Positions 1 to 9,529 of a DNA stretch of 64,000 nucleotides are shown in pieces. Each line of letters starts with the position of its first letter. Position 1 is the first letter of the stretch. Both the position numbers and the translations under genes were made by a program. Under the pieces are notes generated by a model that saw only the letters and a program-made list of their open reading frames with translations, did no database searches and was not told the origin of the DNA. Source of the stretch: an uncultured Candidatus Saccharibacteria bacterium (GTDB taxonomy: Bacteria > Patescibacteriota > Doudnabacteria > UBA920); assembly GCA_964477745.1 (NCBI GenBank), contig CAYZEI010000002.1, forward strand, positions 5,054 through 69,053, written 5' to 3'.

Positions 1-82
1 TGTAGCATTCGGGATACCGATTTACAACGGGCTGGAGCATGCGGTTCGAACTCGTAGGCAAAAAAGGAGATAGGAGGGGACA

Positions 83-190
83 ATGAGTCCTTGGCTACTG
101 TTGCTGATAGTTATACCGTTGCTCTGGATCTTCGGCAGAGCAGCCATCAGGAACGGAAGACCCGGTCGCCGATGGGCCGGACTCAAATAA
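83..190 (+). CDS. Small hydrophobic peptide (35 aa, MSPWLLLLIVIPLLWIFGRAAIRNGRPGRRWAGLK) in GC-rich islet; not in the ORF track (<60 aa).
   Basis: ATG at 83 preceded by AAGGAGATAGGAGGGG. Single TM-like hydrophobic stretch. Terminator hairpin follows. Local GC is visibly higher than the adjacent dnaE. Confidence 0.3.
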   Translation: MSPWLLLLIVIPLLWIFGRAAIRNGRPGRRWAGLK

Positions 191-223
191 CAGGAGGCCC
201 CTATGACCTCCAACAACAAACCG

Positions 224-266
224 CCGTGACGGGATCGACCCCCTTCACGGCGCTCACTTTTTTATG
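224..266 (+). terminator. Rho-independent terminator (ccgtgacggg...cccttcacgg + T-run)
   Basis: Inverted repeat followed by a TTTTTTAT run. Confidence 0.5.
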
Positions 267-321
267 GTTCGTGTTTGTATTTGTTCCTGTCTGTGTTTCC
301 TATAAGCTAAAACCTAAAAGC

Positions 322-3300
322 TCACGCCACGTCTATCATTACCACTTCCGGTAACTCGCGAAGTTCAGTCATAAGCTCATTGCTCATTCCCACTTGGGTT
401 TGAGTTTTTATTTTTTTAGCCGCCCGGCCGGAACCCACGGACAAAAATACTTGCACGTTGCCCGGATGTTTTTCTAAAATTGATTTTATTTTATTTAACG
501 CCTCCATACTGGCCAAACTGGTCATATGCAAAATAATTTGCTTATTTTTTTCCATTTCGGTAAGTGCCATGCCGTACAATTCGTCGTTCGGCAGTTCTTT
601 AATATCTTCAGCAATTAATTTAAATTCTTCATCTTTGTCTGACAGGCGCCCGGAGACCTGGACAATTTTGTCATCCAATAAATAGGGCAAGGCTTTTTCC
701 ATTACTTTAGGGAACACCAAAACTTCCACACTGCCGGTTAAATCCGCCAAGGTAAAAAAAGCCATTGGGTCATTTTTCCGTGTTAGGGTTCTTTTAAGCT
801 TGGTTACCAATCCACCCATAACCACATTTGCTCCCAGCTCGTCTAAATTCAAACTTTTTACTGAGCGCATATTTCCTAAAACTTTACGATGCACGTCCAA
901 CGGATGAGCAGACACATACATCCCCAAATGTTCTTTTTCCCAGAGCAACATTTCTTCTTTGGTGGCCGGGTCAGATGGTCTTAACTTTAATTGCGCCTTA
1001 AGCATAGACGCACCAAACAACGAACTTTGTCCGTTACTTATGCTTCGGGAATTTTCACGAACAAATTCCAGAACTTCTTCGGTATTATTTAATAACTGGC
1101 CGCGTTCGCCAAAAGCATCCAATGCTCCTGCTTTAGAAAGTGCTTCCCATGACCGTTTGTTAAAACTTTTGGTGTAAGCACGGGTCAAAAAATCTTCTAA
1201 AGAGCTAAACGGCGTTGACTTTTTATCAGTAGATTCTAACGCTTCTGCGTTTCCATCTTCAATCTTAAATCTTACATCAATAATCTGTCTTATAACATCC
1301 GAGCCTAAATTTTTAATGGCGTTTAAGCCAAAGCGAATAGTTTTTTCGTCCACAACGGTAAAATCTCCCAGAGATTCATTAACATCCGGTGGCAGTACGG
1401 CAATCCCTAAGGCTTTACAGTCTTCCACTGCTTCGTAAATTTTATCTTCATCGCCGGATTCCGCAGTCATTAAAGCGGCCATAAACTCCACCGGATAGTT
1501 AGCCTTCATATACGCGGTCTGGTAAGACACCACGGAATAACTGGCCGAATGTGCTTTGTTAAAACCGTAAGCCGCAAATGGTTCAATCCACGCCCACACG
1601 TCTTCGGCTTTTTTAAAAGTCCACTTGGAAGTTTCCGGACAGCCTTGAATAAATTTCATTTTTTGCTTGGCCATTTCTTCCGGAATCTTTTTACCGACCG
1701 CTTTTCTAAACTTGTCCACTTCTTCCCAAGTGTAACCGGCCAAGTCGTGAGCAATGGTAAGCAGGTCATCCTGATAAACTAAAATTCCATATGTACGTCG
1801 GAGAATTTTTTCAAAAGCCGGATCAAAATAAGAAATTAAGCTGGGATTATGTTTGCGCTTAATATACTCGTCTATAAATTGCATCGGACCAGGGCGATAC
1901 AAAGCAATCATAGCCATAATATCAAAAATACTGGACGGCTGAAGTTCTTTTAAGTGCCGAGTCATTCCCGAAGATCCCAATTGGAAAACCCCAAAGGTTA
2001 AACCCTCGGACAATAATTTAAATGTTTTTGGGTCAGGGTGGGGGAGATTGTAAATATCAATCTTTGTGTTGTGGCGTTTTTGGACAATATTTACGGCATT
2101 TTCCAAAATAGATAAGTTGCGAATGCCCAATAAGTCCAATTTGACCACACCAATAGCATGTGAAGAAGCATTAACATCTAACGCGTACATGTCGTACTGG
2201 GTAATAATTCTTTCTCCGTCCGGTTCTTTTTGCAAAGGGGAGTAATCAGTTAACGCTGTCGGGGTAATAACAATTCCCGCGGCGTGAACAGAAGCGTGTC
2301 GCGCGCACCCTTCTAATTTTTTGGCAATGGTTAAAATGCGGTTGGTCTCCGGATCATGCTCGGCAATTTCTTTTAACTCCGCATTCATTTCTATGGCTTT
2401 GTCCAAAGTCATTTGGAAACCTTGCTTGCCCAGCGGAATCATTTTGGCAATTTGATCACACTTGGAATAGGCCACACCCAAAGCCCGGCCGACATCGCGC
2501 ACCGCGGCGCGTGCCATCATGGTTCCGAAAGTAATAATTTGCGCCACTTTTTCTTTACCGAATTTTTGGGTAATGTAGGCGATGGCTTCATCACGACGGT
2601 TATCCGCAATGTCCAAATCAATATCCGGCGGGGTCGGCCGATGCATAGTCAAAAAACGTTCAAACGGTAATTCATAGTAAAGCGGATCCACATTGGTTAT
2701 CCCCAAAATGCGCCCGACAATACTTCCGGCAGCAGATCCTCTGGTGTTGGTAATTGCCCCAATACTGTGAGCCCCTTCCACCACGTCGGCTACCATTAAA
2801 AAGTAAGTATCAAAACCTTTTTTACAAATAATATTTAATTCGTAATCTATCCTTTCCTTAATGGCATCGGGGATGACACCGTTTTGTCCGTACAAAGGCA
2901 ATGCCTTTTCATAAGTAATCTTTACCAAGTATTCGGCTGTGGTGAACCCTTCGGGAATTTCCACTTGCGGAAAATACCGCTGGTCAATTTTAATTTCCAA
3001 ATTGCACATACCCGCCACTTTTTGGGTATTCTCCACGGCTTCGGGAATATCAGAAAATAATTCCATCATCCGCTCCGGGGATTTCAAAGACAAATCGTAA
3101 GCGCGCATGTCCAAACGGTCGGCGTCGTTAACCGTTCGCCCGGTACCAATACAAACCAGCAAATCCTGGGCTTCAAAATCTTCCGGATATATATAGTGAC
3201 AATCCGCCGTGGCCACCACAGGTAAACTGTTGGCTTTAGCCAAGGCAATTAATTTATTATTTAATTCTTCTTCTTTAGGATCGGGCGTGCGACTGTTGCG

Positions 3301-3825
3301 TTGAATTTCAATAAACAATCTGCCACCGCTAAACATGGCCAAATATTTTTCCAAAACAACTTGGGCTTCAGCCTGGGGCCGATTCATTACCGCGCGGGCG
3401 ATTTCGCCTCGCTGACAGCCGGAAAGACATATTAGTCCTTCGCTATGCTGGGCTAAAAAGTCCGTATCAATTCTGGGTTTATAGTAAAAGCCATCTAAGT
3501 GACCGGCAGTGGTAATTTGAATTAAATTTTTATAACCGATTTCATTTTGAGCCAGAAGGGTTAAATGAAAATAATCTGAATCCGTTTTCCCTTCTTTGTC
3601 AGCCATCCCGCGAGGGGAGATGTAGGCTTCAAGGCCAATTATGGGTTTAATTTTTTGTTCCCGACATTTATTATAAAATTCAATGGTTCCGTACATGGTC
3701 CCATGGTCGGTAATGGCCAAACTGTCCATACCTAACTCCTTGGCCCGCTCAACCAGCGGGTCAATTTTGGACAAACCGTCCAATAAGGAATAATGACTAT
3801 GGCAATGTAGGTGAGTAAAGTTCAT
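322..3825 (-). CDS. dnaE: DNA polymerase III alpha subunit
   Basis: 1167 aa. N-terminal PHP domain (HLHCHSHYSLLDG...ITDHG). Polymerase core motifs along the full length. Confidence 0.95.
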   Translation of the reverse strand: MNFTHLHCHSHYSLLDGLSKIDPLVERAKELGMDSLAITDHGTMYGTIEFYNKCREQKIKPIIGLEAYISPRGMADKEGKTDSDYFHLTLLAQNEIGYKNLIQITTAGHLDGFYYKPRIDTDFLAQHSEGLICLSGCQRGEIARAVMNRPQAEAQVVLEKYLAMFSGGRLFIEIQRNSRTPDPKEEELNNKLIALAKANSLPVVATADCHYIYPEDFEAQDLLVCIGTGRTVNDADRLDMRAYDLSLKSPERMMELFSDIPEAVENTQKVAGMCNLEIKIDQRYFPQVEIPEGFTTAEYLVKITYEKALPLYGQNGVIPDAIKERIDYELNIICKKGFDTYFLMVADVVEGAHSIGAITNTRGSAAGSIVGRILGITNVDPLYYELPFERFLTMHRPTPPDIDLDIADNRRDEAIAYITQKFGKEKVAQIITFGTMMARAAVRDVGRALGVAYSKCDQIAKMIPLGKQGFQMTLDKAIEMNAELKEIAEHDPETNRILTIAKKLEGCARHASVHAAGIVITPTALTDYSPLQKEPDGERIITQYDMYALDVNASSHAIGVVKLDLLGIRNLSILENAVNIVQKRHNTKIDIYNLPHPDPKTFKLLSEGLTFGVFQLGSSGMTRHLKELQPSSIFDIMAMIALYRPGPMQFIDEYIKRKHNPSLISYFDPAFEKILRRTYGILVYQDDLLTIAHDLAGYTWEEVDKFRKAVGKKIPEEMAKQKMKFIQGCPETSKWTFKKAEDVWAWIEPFAAYGFNKAHSASYSVVSYQTAYMKANYPVEFMAALMTAESGDEDKIYEAVEDCKALGIAVLPPDVNESLGDFTVVDEKTIRFGLNAIKNLGSDVIRQIIDVRFKIEDGNAEALESTDKKSTPFSSLEDFLTRAYTKSFNKRSWEALSKAGALDAFGERGQLLNNTEEVLEFVRENSRSISNGQSSLFGASMLKAQLKLRPSDPATKEEMLLWEKEHLGMYVSAHPLDVHRKVLGNMRSVKSLNLDELGANVVMGGLVTKLKRTLTRKNDPMAFFTLADLTGSVEVLVFPKVMEKALPYLLDDKIVQVSGRLSDKDEEFKLIAEDIKELPNDELYGMALTEMEKNKQIILHMTSLASMEALNKIKSILEKHPGNVQVFLSVGSGRAAKKIKTQTQVGMSNELMTELRELPEVVMIDVA

Positions 3826-3946
3826 TGGACAGAATTAAGTAAAATTGACCAAAATTGCTTCAGAATTGACTGAAAATTTTGGCAGGGTGGGATAATGATA
3901 ATATTTCAACCAATTCCTATCTAGCATACCAAAAAATCACAAGTTT

Positions 3947-3955
3947 TGCTATAAT
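3947..3955 (+). promoter_or_regulatory. Extended -10 promoter element (TGcTATAAT) upstream of the 3982 gene
   Basis: TGnTATAAT match about 27 nt upstream of the start codon. Confidence 0.35.
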
Positions 3956-3981
3956 CTAATTATCTTATCTTAAACAAAAAT

Positions 3982-4845
3982 ATGCCCCTTTTAAAAGAAA
4001 AAATAGAGCTAGGTATTGAAGAGACGGAATTTCAAACACAAAAGTTTTTTGGTTCCATGAATCCTTTTTTTCGCTGGATGTTAATATTGGGAATCCTGGC
4101 AATTATTCCGTCATATTTCATAGCCAAATCTGTGTCACAAAAAATTTGGTCAGCTCGATATCAGCAAGGAGCCGTTGTGGCCAAGCCAAGCTTTACGGAT
4201 GCAAAACCTCCAAAAATTTCTAACGTCACCTTAACTAGCTTGGGGGACAACCTGTACTCGGCAGTGGTACAAATTACCAACGAGAATTTGGACTTGTCCG
4301 CCAATAATATTCCTTTTAATTTTAATTTTTATAACTCACAAAAACAACTTCTGTATTCCTATACCGATAAACTCTATTTGTTGCCCGACCAGAAAAAATA
4401 TCTCATCGCTCCAAGATTCTCTACCACCGAACAGATTTCCTTTGCGGAGCTAAAATTTACCCAAGATCCAAAATGGCAAAAACGCCTTAGTCTTCCTCAA
4501 GTAAAATTAACCGCATCTACCCCAAACAGCTACGACCAAATATCTCCTCAGGCATTTGTCTTGGAAGGAAGCTTTGTAAATAACAGTGTTTACACGTTAA
4601 AAGAAGTCAGGTTAAATTTTGTGCTGTATGATGCCTCTAAAAAAATTATTGGGGCAAGTCGGCGCGACGAATTTACGGTGGCGCCGTTTGAAAGAAGAAG
4701 CTACAAACAACTTTGGCCAAATTTAAGCGCACCGACTTTAAGCAAAGCCGAAGTAACGGTAGAAACAAACACCCTGGACTCAAATAATATTTCTGTTATT
4801 AACATCCCGATTACCCCCGCGTCAGACTTAAGTCGACCAAAATAA
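3982..4845 (+). CDS. Hypothetical membrane-anchored protein (one N-terminal TM)
   Basis: 287-aa ORF with an N-terminal hydrophobic helix and no recognised domain. Confidence 0.5.
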   Translation: MPLLKEKIELGIEETEFQTQKFFGSMNPFFRWMLILGILAIIPSYFIAKSVSQKIWSARYQQGAVVAKPSFTDAKPPKISNVTLTSLGDNLYSAVVQITNENLDLSANNIPFNFNFYNSQKQLLYSYTDKLYLLPDQKKYLIAPRFSTTEQISFAELKFTQDPKWQKRLSLPQVKLTASTPNSYDQISPQAFVLEGSFVNNSVYTLKEVRLNFVLYDASKKIIGASRRDEFTVAPFERRSYKQLWPNLSAPTLSKAEVTVETNTLDSNNISVINIPITPASDLSRPK

Positions 4846-4857
4846 CCTACAATTTTT

Positions 4858-5964
4858 GTGCCTATGTTTATTTTTTTAAAACGTTTTAGACATTTTGATA
4901 TTCCTTTGCTCGCCACCACTCTACTTCTGTCACTGGCGGGCATTGCTATTTTATACAGCACCACTTTGTCAGAAAACAGCAATTCACTGTTTTACCGCCA
5001 AGTCCTAATTTTGGTCGCCGGTTTATCCGCCTCGTTATTTTTAAGCGTTTTGGATTATCACACTCTGGCAAAAGCAAACCGAATTATTTACGTTGTCTTT
5101 GTACTTTTGCTGGTTTATTTGGAAATTTTCGGTACCGTAATTCGCGGAGGAACGCGCTGGTTGGATTTAGGATTCTTTCGTTTTCAGCCGGCGGAGTTTG
5201 TTAAGTTGGTAGTAATTTTTGGTCTGGCCAGATTACTTTATTTAAAACGCGGGCAAATAAATTCCCTCAGCACTTTAGTTTGGTCTTTTGCATACGCATT
5301 GGTTCCGGCGGGCTTGGTGATTTTAGAACCCGATTTAGGTTCGGCCATTATTATTTTAGGCTTATGGTTAGGGATTATTTTACTAAGCCCGATTAAAAAA
5401 AAGTTTTTGGCCATTATGTTTATTTCCTTTTTGGTCGTGGCCGGACTTGGCTGGAAGTTCTTTTTAAAAGATTTCCAGAAAGACCGAATAATGGTATTTA
5501 TAGACCCGACCTTAGACCCACGCGGTAAAGGTTATAACGTGCGCCAAGCCACAATTGCGGTAGGGAGCGGGCAATTTACCGGCCGGGGCTTAGGCAAAGG
5601 CGTGCAAAGCCAACATAAATTTTTACCGGAACGACAAACAGATTTTATTTTCGCAGCCGGTAGTGAAGAGATTGGGTTTTTAGGATCTTTTTCTTTGCTG
5701 GGATTATATTTCTTTTTATTTTTTCGCATTTTAAAAGTTATGAAAAAAGCCAAGGACGACTTGGGAATGTATATTGCCGGCGGAGTTTTATTCTTATTTT
5801 TTGGCCACGTAATTATTAATATCGGCATGAACATCGGCCTTTTGCCGGTAACTGGCATTCCATTGCCATTCGTCAGCGCCGGTGGCAGTTCACTAATTGT
5901 AAGCTTAATGGCTCTAGGTGTTGTACAAAATATTGCGGTGCAATCCAAAGCTTTGCGGTTTTAA
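4858..5964 (+). CDS. ftsW: SEDS-family peptidoglycan glycosyltransferase (FtsW/RodA)
   Basis: Polytopic membrane protein with FtsW/RodA-like motifs (GSGQFTGRGLGKG, PERQTDFIFAAGSEEIGFLGS, IPLPFVSAGGSS). Confidence 0.85.
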   Translation: MPMFIFLKRFRHFDIPLLATTLLLSLAGIAILYSTTLSENSNSLFYRQVLILVAGLSASLFLSVLDYHTLAKANRIIYVVFVLLLVYLEIFGTVIRGGTRWLDLGFFRFQPAEFVKLVVIFGLARLLYLKRGQINSLSTLVWSFAYALVPAGLVILEPDLGSAIIILGLWLGIILLSPIKKKFLAIMFISFLVVAGLGWKFFLKDFQKDRIMVFIDPTLDPRGKGYNVRQATIAVGSGQFTGRGLGKGVQSQHKFLPERQTDFIFAAGSEEIGFLGSFSLLGLYFFLFFRILKVMKKAKDDLGMYIAGGVLFLFFGHVIINIGMNIGLLPVTGIPLPFVSAGGSSLIVSLMALGVVQNIAVQSKALRF

Positions 5965-5987
5965 TTCATATCTGATAAAATTATATT

Positions 5988-6377
5988 ATGGATAACAACT
6001 CACCCTCCAAAAATGGAAAAAATCAGGATTTTAAGAAAATTGTGGAATGGCTGGGTATTATTTTAAAGTGTCCCATCTGCTCCGCAAAATATGACTTGGG
6101 TAAAACCCAGGTTATTGAAAGTGAGCAAGATGACGCTTATAACGAAGCCAGAATTTTAATACATTCCGATTGCGTTAAATGTAAAAGCTCAGTAATGTTT
6201 AATGTCGAAATTCGTGGTCCGGAAGTCTTCAGTGTGGGCGTGGTAACCGATTTAACCGGCAAAGACAGTGCAAAGTTTAAAAAACTTGCGCCGATCCATG
6301 TAAATGAAATTATCGGCATGCATAAAGAACTAAAAACTTTTAAAGGCGACTTTATTACCGCGCTTACACAAAAATAG
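5988..6377 (+). CDS. Hypothetical small protein with two CxxC pairs (zinc-ribbon-like)
   Basis: CPICS...CVKCK. Confidence 0.45.
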   Translation: MDNNSPSKNGKNQDFKKIVEWLGIILKCPICSAKYDLGKTQVIESEQDDAYNEARILIHSDCVKCKSSVMFNVEIRGPEVFSVGVVTDLTGKDSAKFKKLAPIHVNEIIGMHKELKTFKGDFITALTQK

Positions 6378-6400
6378 TACATTTAGACTAATAACTTTTA

Positions 6401-6433
6401 ACCCTTGCCAAGGCAGGGGTTTTTTGTTATAAT
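6401..6433 (+). promoter_or_regulatory. Terminator hairpin fused to a promoter (-35 TTGCCA, 17-nt spacer, TGtTATAAT) for rplY
   Basis: The cccttgcc/ggcagggg stem plus T-run overlaps a sigma70-like extended -10. Confidence 0.5.
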
Positions 6434-6504
6434 CTATAAACAAATTAAGATTTTTGAGTACCCTGAGATTGTCGAAGGGGATGGGAAAATCAACAAGGAA
6501 TCAA

Positions 6505-7191
6505 ATGGATAAACTGCAAATCAAAGCCACACTTAGAGACCTAAAAACCTCCAAGCCTGAAAAGTTAAGAAAAGAAGGACGTCTTCCGGGAGTACTTTAC
6601 GGCAACAAAGTGCAAAACGTTAACTTGACTGTGGACGCCAGAGAATTCGACAAATTACTTAAGAAAGCCGGCGAAAGCACTATTATAGAATTAGTCACCG
6701 ATGACGGTAAAACCCACCCGACACTAATTCACGACGTACAAAATCACTATTTAACCTCCGCACCTACTCACGTTGACTTCTATGAAGTTAGCATGACCAA
6801 AAAATTAAAAGCGACTGTCGCTTTGGAATTTGTTGGTGAATCACAAGCTGTAAAAGCCCTTGGTGGAATTTTGGTTAAGGCTTTGTCCGAAGTTGAAGTT
6901 GAATGTTTACCGGTAGACTTACCTCATAACATTGTTGTGTCTTTGGATGTCTTAAAAACACTTCACGATACAATTCATGTCAAAGATCTTCCAGTACCCG
7001 CAAAAGTTAAAATTATAACCGAACCAACCGAATTGGTTATTAAAGTTCAGCCTCCTCGAGAAGTGGAAACTGAATTATCTACCCCGGTTGTTGAAGATGT
7101 CAGCAAAGTTGAAGGCGCCGCCGAAGATAAACCGGTTGCAACAGCAGACGGCAAAGCAGATGCAAAAGCCAAACCGGAAGCAAAAAAGTAA
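6505..7191 (+). CDS. rplY: 50S ribosomal protein L25 / general stress protein Ctc
   Basis: MDKLQIKATLR...GRLPGVLYG motif. Lys/Ala-rich C-terminal tail. Start chosen at the internal ATG with an AAGGA SD (the track ORF starts at 6454). Confidence 0.85.
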   Translation: MDKLQIKATLRDLKTSKPEKLRKEGRLPGVLYGNKVQNVNLTVDAREFDKLLKKAGESTIIELVTDDGKTHPTLIHDVQNHYLTSAPTHVDFYEVSMTKKLKATVALEFVGESQAVKALGGILVKALSEVEVECLPVDLPHNIVVSLDVLKTLHDTIHVKDLPVPAKVKIITEPTELVIKVQPPREVETELSTPVVEDVSKVEGAAEDKPVATADGKADAKAKPEAKK

Positions 7192-7205
7192 TTTAAACTT
7201 TTTAA

Positions 7206-7241
7206 CCCCGTCCCGACTAGTCGGGACGGGGTTATTTTTTT
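7206..7241 (+). terminator. Rho-independent terminator, perfect 26-bp palindrome (ccccgtcccgACTAGTcgggacgggg) + T-run
   Basis: Perfect inverted repeat followed by TTATTTTTTT. Confidence 0.8.
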
Positions 7242-7266
7242 CTCAATAACTTGTTATACTTAATTT

Positions 7267-8148
7267 ATGAAAGTTGATAAAAAATTCCTTGGCCCGGCAA
7301 TATTTGCCATAATTATTTTACTAGGCGCATCTCTGCACCAATATTTTTACAATCAAAAAGTACTCAAAGAAATTGAGTACCAAAAAGCGGGGGACACGGC
7401 CTATCAATATTTAATTACTCCGAAAGATACCGCCGAACTACCGCAAACTACCGGACAAAATGTTAAATTGCCTATATTAATGTACCACCATGTCGGCCCA
7501 CTACCGGACAAACCGAGCGCTTTGCGACGCGATTTAACAGTTTCTACGGAAGATTTTGAAGCGCAGGTAAAATGGCTCGCGGACAACGGATATCACAGCA
7601 TCAAATTAAAAGAGTTCTACGAATATTCTTTAGGCAGATTCACCTTGCCAACAAAGCCGATTGTTTTTACCTTTGACGACGGCTACCAAGACGTCTTTTC
7701 TTACGCCGCCCCGATTTTAAAAAAGTACGGCTTTGTGGGGAGCTTTGCAATAATTACGCAATTCCCCAGCACACAAAACGGGGACAATACTTATGCCTCC
7801 TGGCAAGAGATTGCCACCGCTTACTTGGCCGGGAATGAAATTGTTTCTCATACCCAAAATCATTTTGACGGAAGTAACAAGAAATACTCAGCGGACTTTA
7901 TCCAAAAAAATCTCTGCAACTCAAAAACAGACATAAAGGAACACTTGGGTTTTGAAAGTAATATTTTAATATACCCTTACGGCCATTACACCACTCAATA
8001 CATAACGGAAGCAAAAAACTGCGGGTTTGACTTAGGCCTAACTGTACACGCCGGCAGTAAAATAAATTTGGATAACCTAATGGAAATTCCACGCCTCAGA
8101 ATTCACGGCAATCAAAATTTTGAAAAATTTAAACGACTTCTCCCATAA
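7267..8148 (+). CDS. Polysaccharide deacetylase (NodB-homology domain)
   Basis: TFDDGYQD motif and His motifs. N-terminal TM. Confidence 0.75.
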   Translation: MKVDKKFLGPAIFAIIILLGASLHQYFYNQKVLKEIEYQKAGDTAYQYLITPKDTAELPQTTGQNVKLPILMYHHVGPLPDKPSALRRDLTVSTEDFEAQVKWLADNGYHSIKLKEFYEYSLGRFTLPTKPIVFTFDDGYQDVFSYAAPILKKYGFVGSFAIITQFPSTQNGDNTYASWQEIATAYLAGNEIVSHTQNHFDGSNKKYSADFIQKNLCNSKTDIKEHLGFESNILIYPYGHYTTQYITEAKNCGFDLGLTVHAGSKINLDNLMEIPRLRIHGNQNFEKFKRLLP

Positions 8149-8150
8149 GA

Positions 8151-8190
8151 AAACCCACTATAATACGATATAGTATTATAGTGGGTTTTA
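8151..8190. terminator. Bidirectional terminator hairpin between convergent genes (cccactataatac-gatata-gtattatagtggg)
   Basis: 13-bp perfect stem flanked by A- and T-runs. Confidence 0.6.
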
Positions 8191-9027
8191 AAAAGTTATT
8201 TCCGCAAAACGCCAGAGGTTGTTAAAGTCTTTGTGAAATTTTATTTTTGCTTTCGGTAAGTATTTAATTACGTAATTAATTACGTATTTTTTTGTTTTTG
8301 GATCAATTTCTAAAAATACTACTTTCGGCATATGGGGGAGAGCGGATATTTGTTTTAATAAACGCTCATAAATGTCGAAGTCCTTGACCCGGTCAACCAA
8401 CGCGCCCTTAGGTTCCCATCTTAAATTTTTAAATCTTAAATCATAAATCTTCCTCGGCACATACGGCAAATTTGCCACAATTATATCCGGAACAAATTTA
8501 ATGTTTTTCAACAAATCGCTTTTTACAAACTTCACTTTTACTTTGTGAATTTTCGCGTTCTGTTTCGCCACCGCCAAAGCTTTCGCAGAAATGTCAGATG
8601 CGATATATTGGAGATTTAAGATTGGAGATTGGAGATTTTCGAACTGCTTGGCAATTGAAATTATAATGCATCCCGAACCCGTGCCAACATCCAAAATCCT
8701 AATTGGCTGTTTATAATCTTTAAATTTTAAATCTTTCAATCTTTCAATTAAATACTCCGTCTCCGGACGGGGGATTAGCACATTCTTATTTACCTTAAAC
8801 CGCAAGCCGTAAAAATCTTTATACCCCAAAATATAAGCCATCGGCTCACCCTTTTGCCTTCGCCTAATCATACTTGTCAGCTTGTTTCCTTGTATCCTTG
8901 TCAGCTTATACTCCGGATTCATAAACAAAAACTCCTTAGGCTTTTTCAGAACAAAAGCCAAAAGGAGCTCAATTTCAATTGAATGATATTTTGCTAAAAC
9001 TCCTTTGATAGTCGGGGTTGATTTCAT
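8188..9027 (-). CDS. prmC: Release factor glutamine N5-methyltransferase
   Basis: SAM motif ILDVGTGSGCI. Catalytic NPPY variant (NLPY). Confidence 0.85.
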   Translation of the reverse strand: MKSTPTIKGVLAKYHSIEIELLLAFVLKKPKEFLFMNPEYKLTRIQGNKLTSMIRRRQKGEPMAYILGYKDFYGLRFKVNKNVLIPRPETEYLIERLKDLKFKDYKQPIRILDVGTGSGCIIISIAKQFENLQSPILNLQYIASDISAKALAVAKQNAKIHKVKVKFVKSDLLKNIKFVPDIIVANLPYVPRKIYDLRFKNLRWEPKGALVDRVKDFDIYERLLKQISALPHMPKVVFLEIDPKTKKYVINYVIKYLPKAKIKFHKDFNNLWRFAEITF

Positions 9028-9073
9028 ACGCTTAATGTGTTATTATAAAAGGCTTCTGAAGGAGGAAGCATGA

Positions 9074-9433
9074 ATGATAACAGTTGCAGTTTCTCAGGTT
9101 ACCGTGACCAAAGTAGACACGGGGGATGGGATATTCTACACAATATCGGAGAACAACTTCGGATCTTTGCATCACGTCTCGTTCTTCGAAGTAGGTCTTT
9201 GCCGGATTCTAAACAAGTTGGAGCAATTCCTGAAATATGACGAGTACGATGTCCCGCCGACAGAAGAAGTCCAGCTAGGTGAGATGATAGGCTTTGTGAA
9301 AATTTGGCAGCTGACTGGTACCAAGCGGAGTATTTCACTAACCAAAAAGCAAATCACAGAACTTCTCATTTGGCTTGTCGACACAGACAACCTTCGAAAA
9401 AGCACCACTGGATGGTGTATCGTCAACAACTGA
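9074..9433 (+). CDS. Hypothetical protein (119 aa) in GC-rich islet inserted between prmC and prfA
   Basis: Strong SD (GAAGGAGGAAGC) 9 nt upstream. GC-rich codons. No recognised domain. Confidence 0.45.
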   Translation: MITVAVSQVTVTKVDTGDGIFYTISENNFGSLHHVSFFEVGLCRILNKLEQFLKYDEYDVPPTEEVQLGEMIGFVKIWQLTGTKRSISLTKKQITELLIWLVDTDNLRKSTTGWCIVNN

Positions 9434-9453
9434 GAGTACTCAGACCTAAAAAC

Positions 9454-9490
9454 AGGGCGGCCGCCACGCGAGCCGCCCTTTCGATTTTAT
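9454..9490 (+). terminator. Hairpin terminator (agggcggc...gccgccct)
   Basis: GC-rich 8-bp stem followed by a T-rich tract. Confidence 0.55.
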
Positions 9491-9529
9491 AAAGTTCGAA
9501 GTCTTTCAATCATTGAATCTTTAAATCTT

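Noticed and set aside
30-60. tRNA-like GGTTCGAAC string at the window start
   Set aside because: No acceptor or T-stem pairing could be built; it is probably part of a truncated upstream feature.
22-354. Track ORFs 22..219(-) and 91..354(+)
   Set aside because: They overlap the GC-rich islet in frames without start context. The SD-preceded 35-aa ORF at 83..190 and the terminator explain the region better.
458-3825. Multiple 60-110-aa ORFs antisense or out of frame inside dnaE and other large genes (458..685, 959..1177, 1549..1782, 2413..2670 and similar ones within ahcY, pyrG, gpmI, gltX)
   Set aside because: They lie fully inside well-supported conserved genes and have no independent signals.
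8590-8650. ggagatt tandem repeat inside prmC (encodes NLQSPILNLQ)
   Set aside because: In frame, within a normal-looking methyltransferase. Probably a trivial microduplication.
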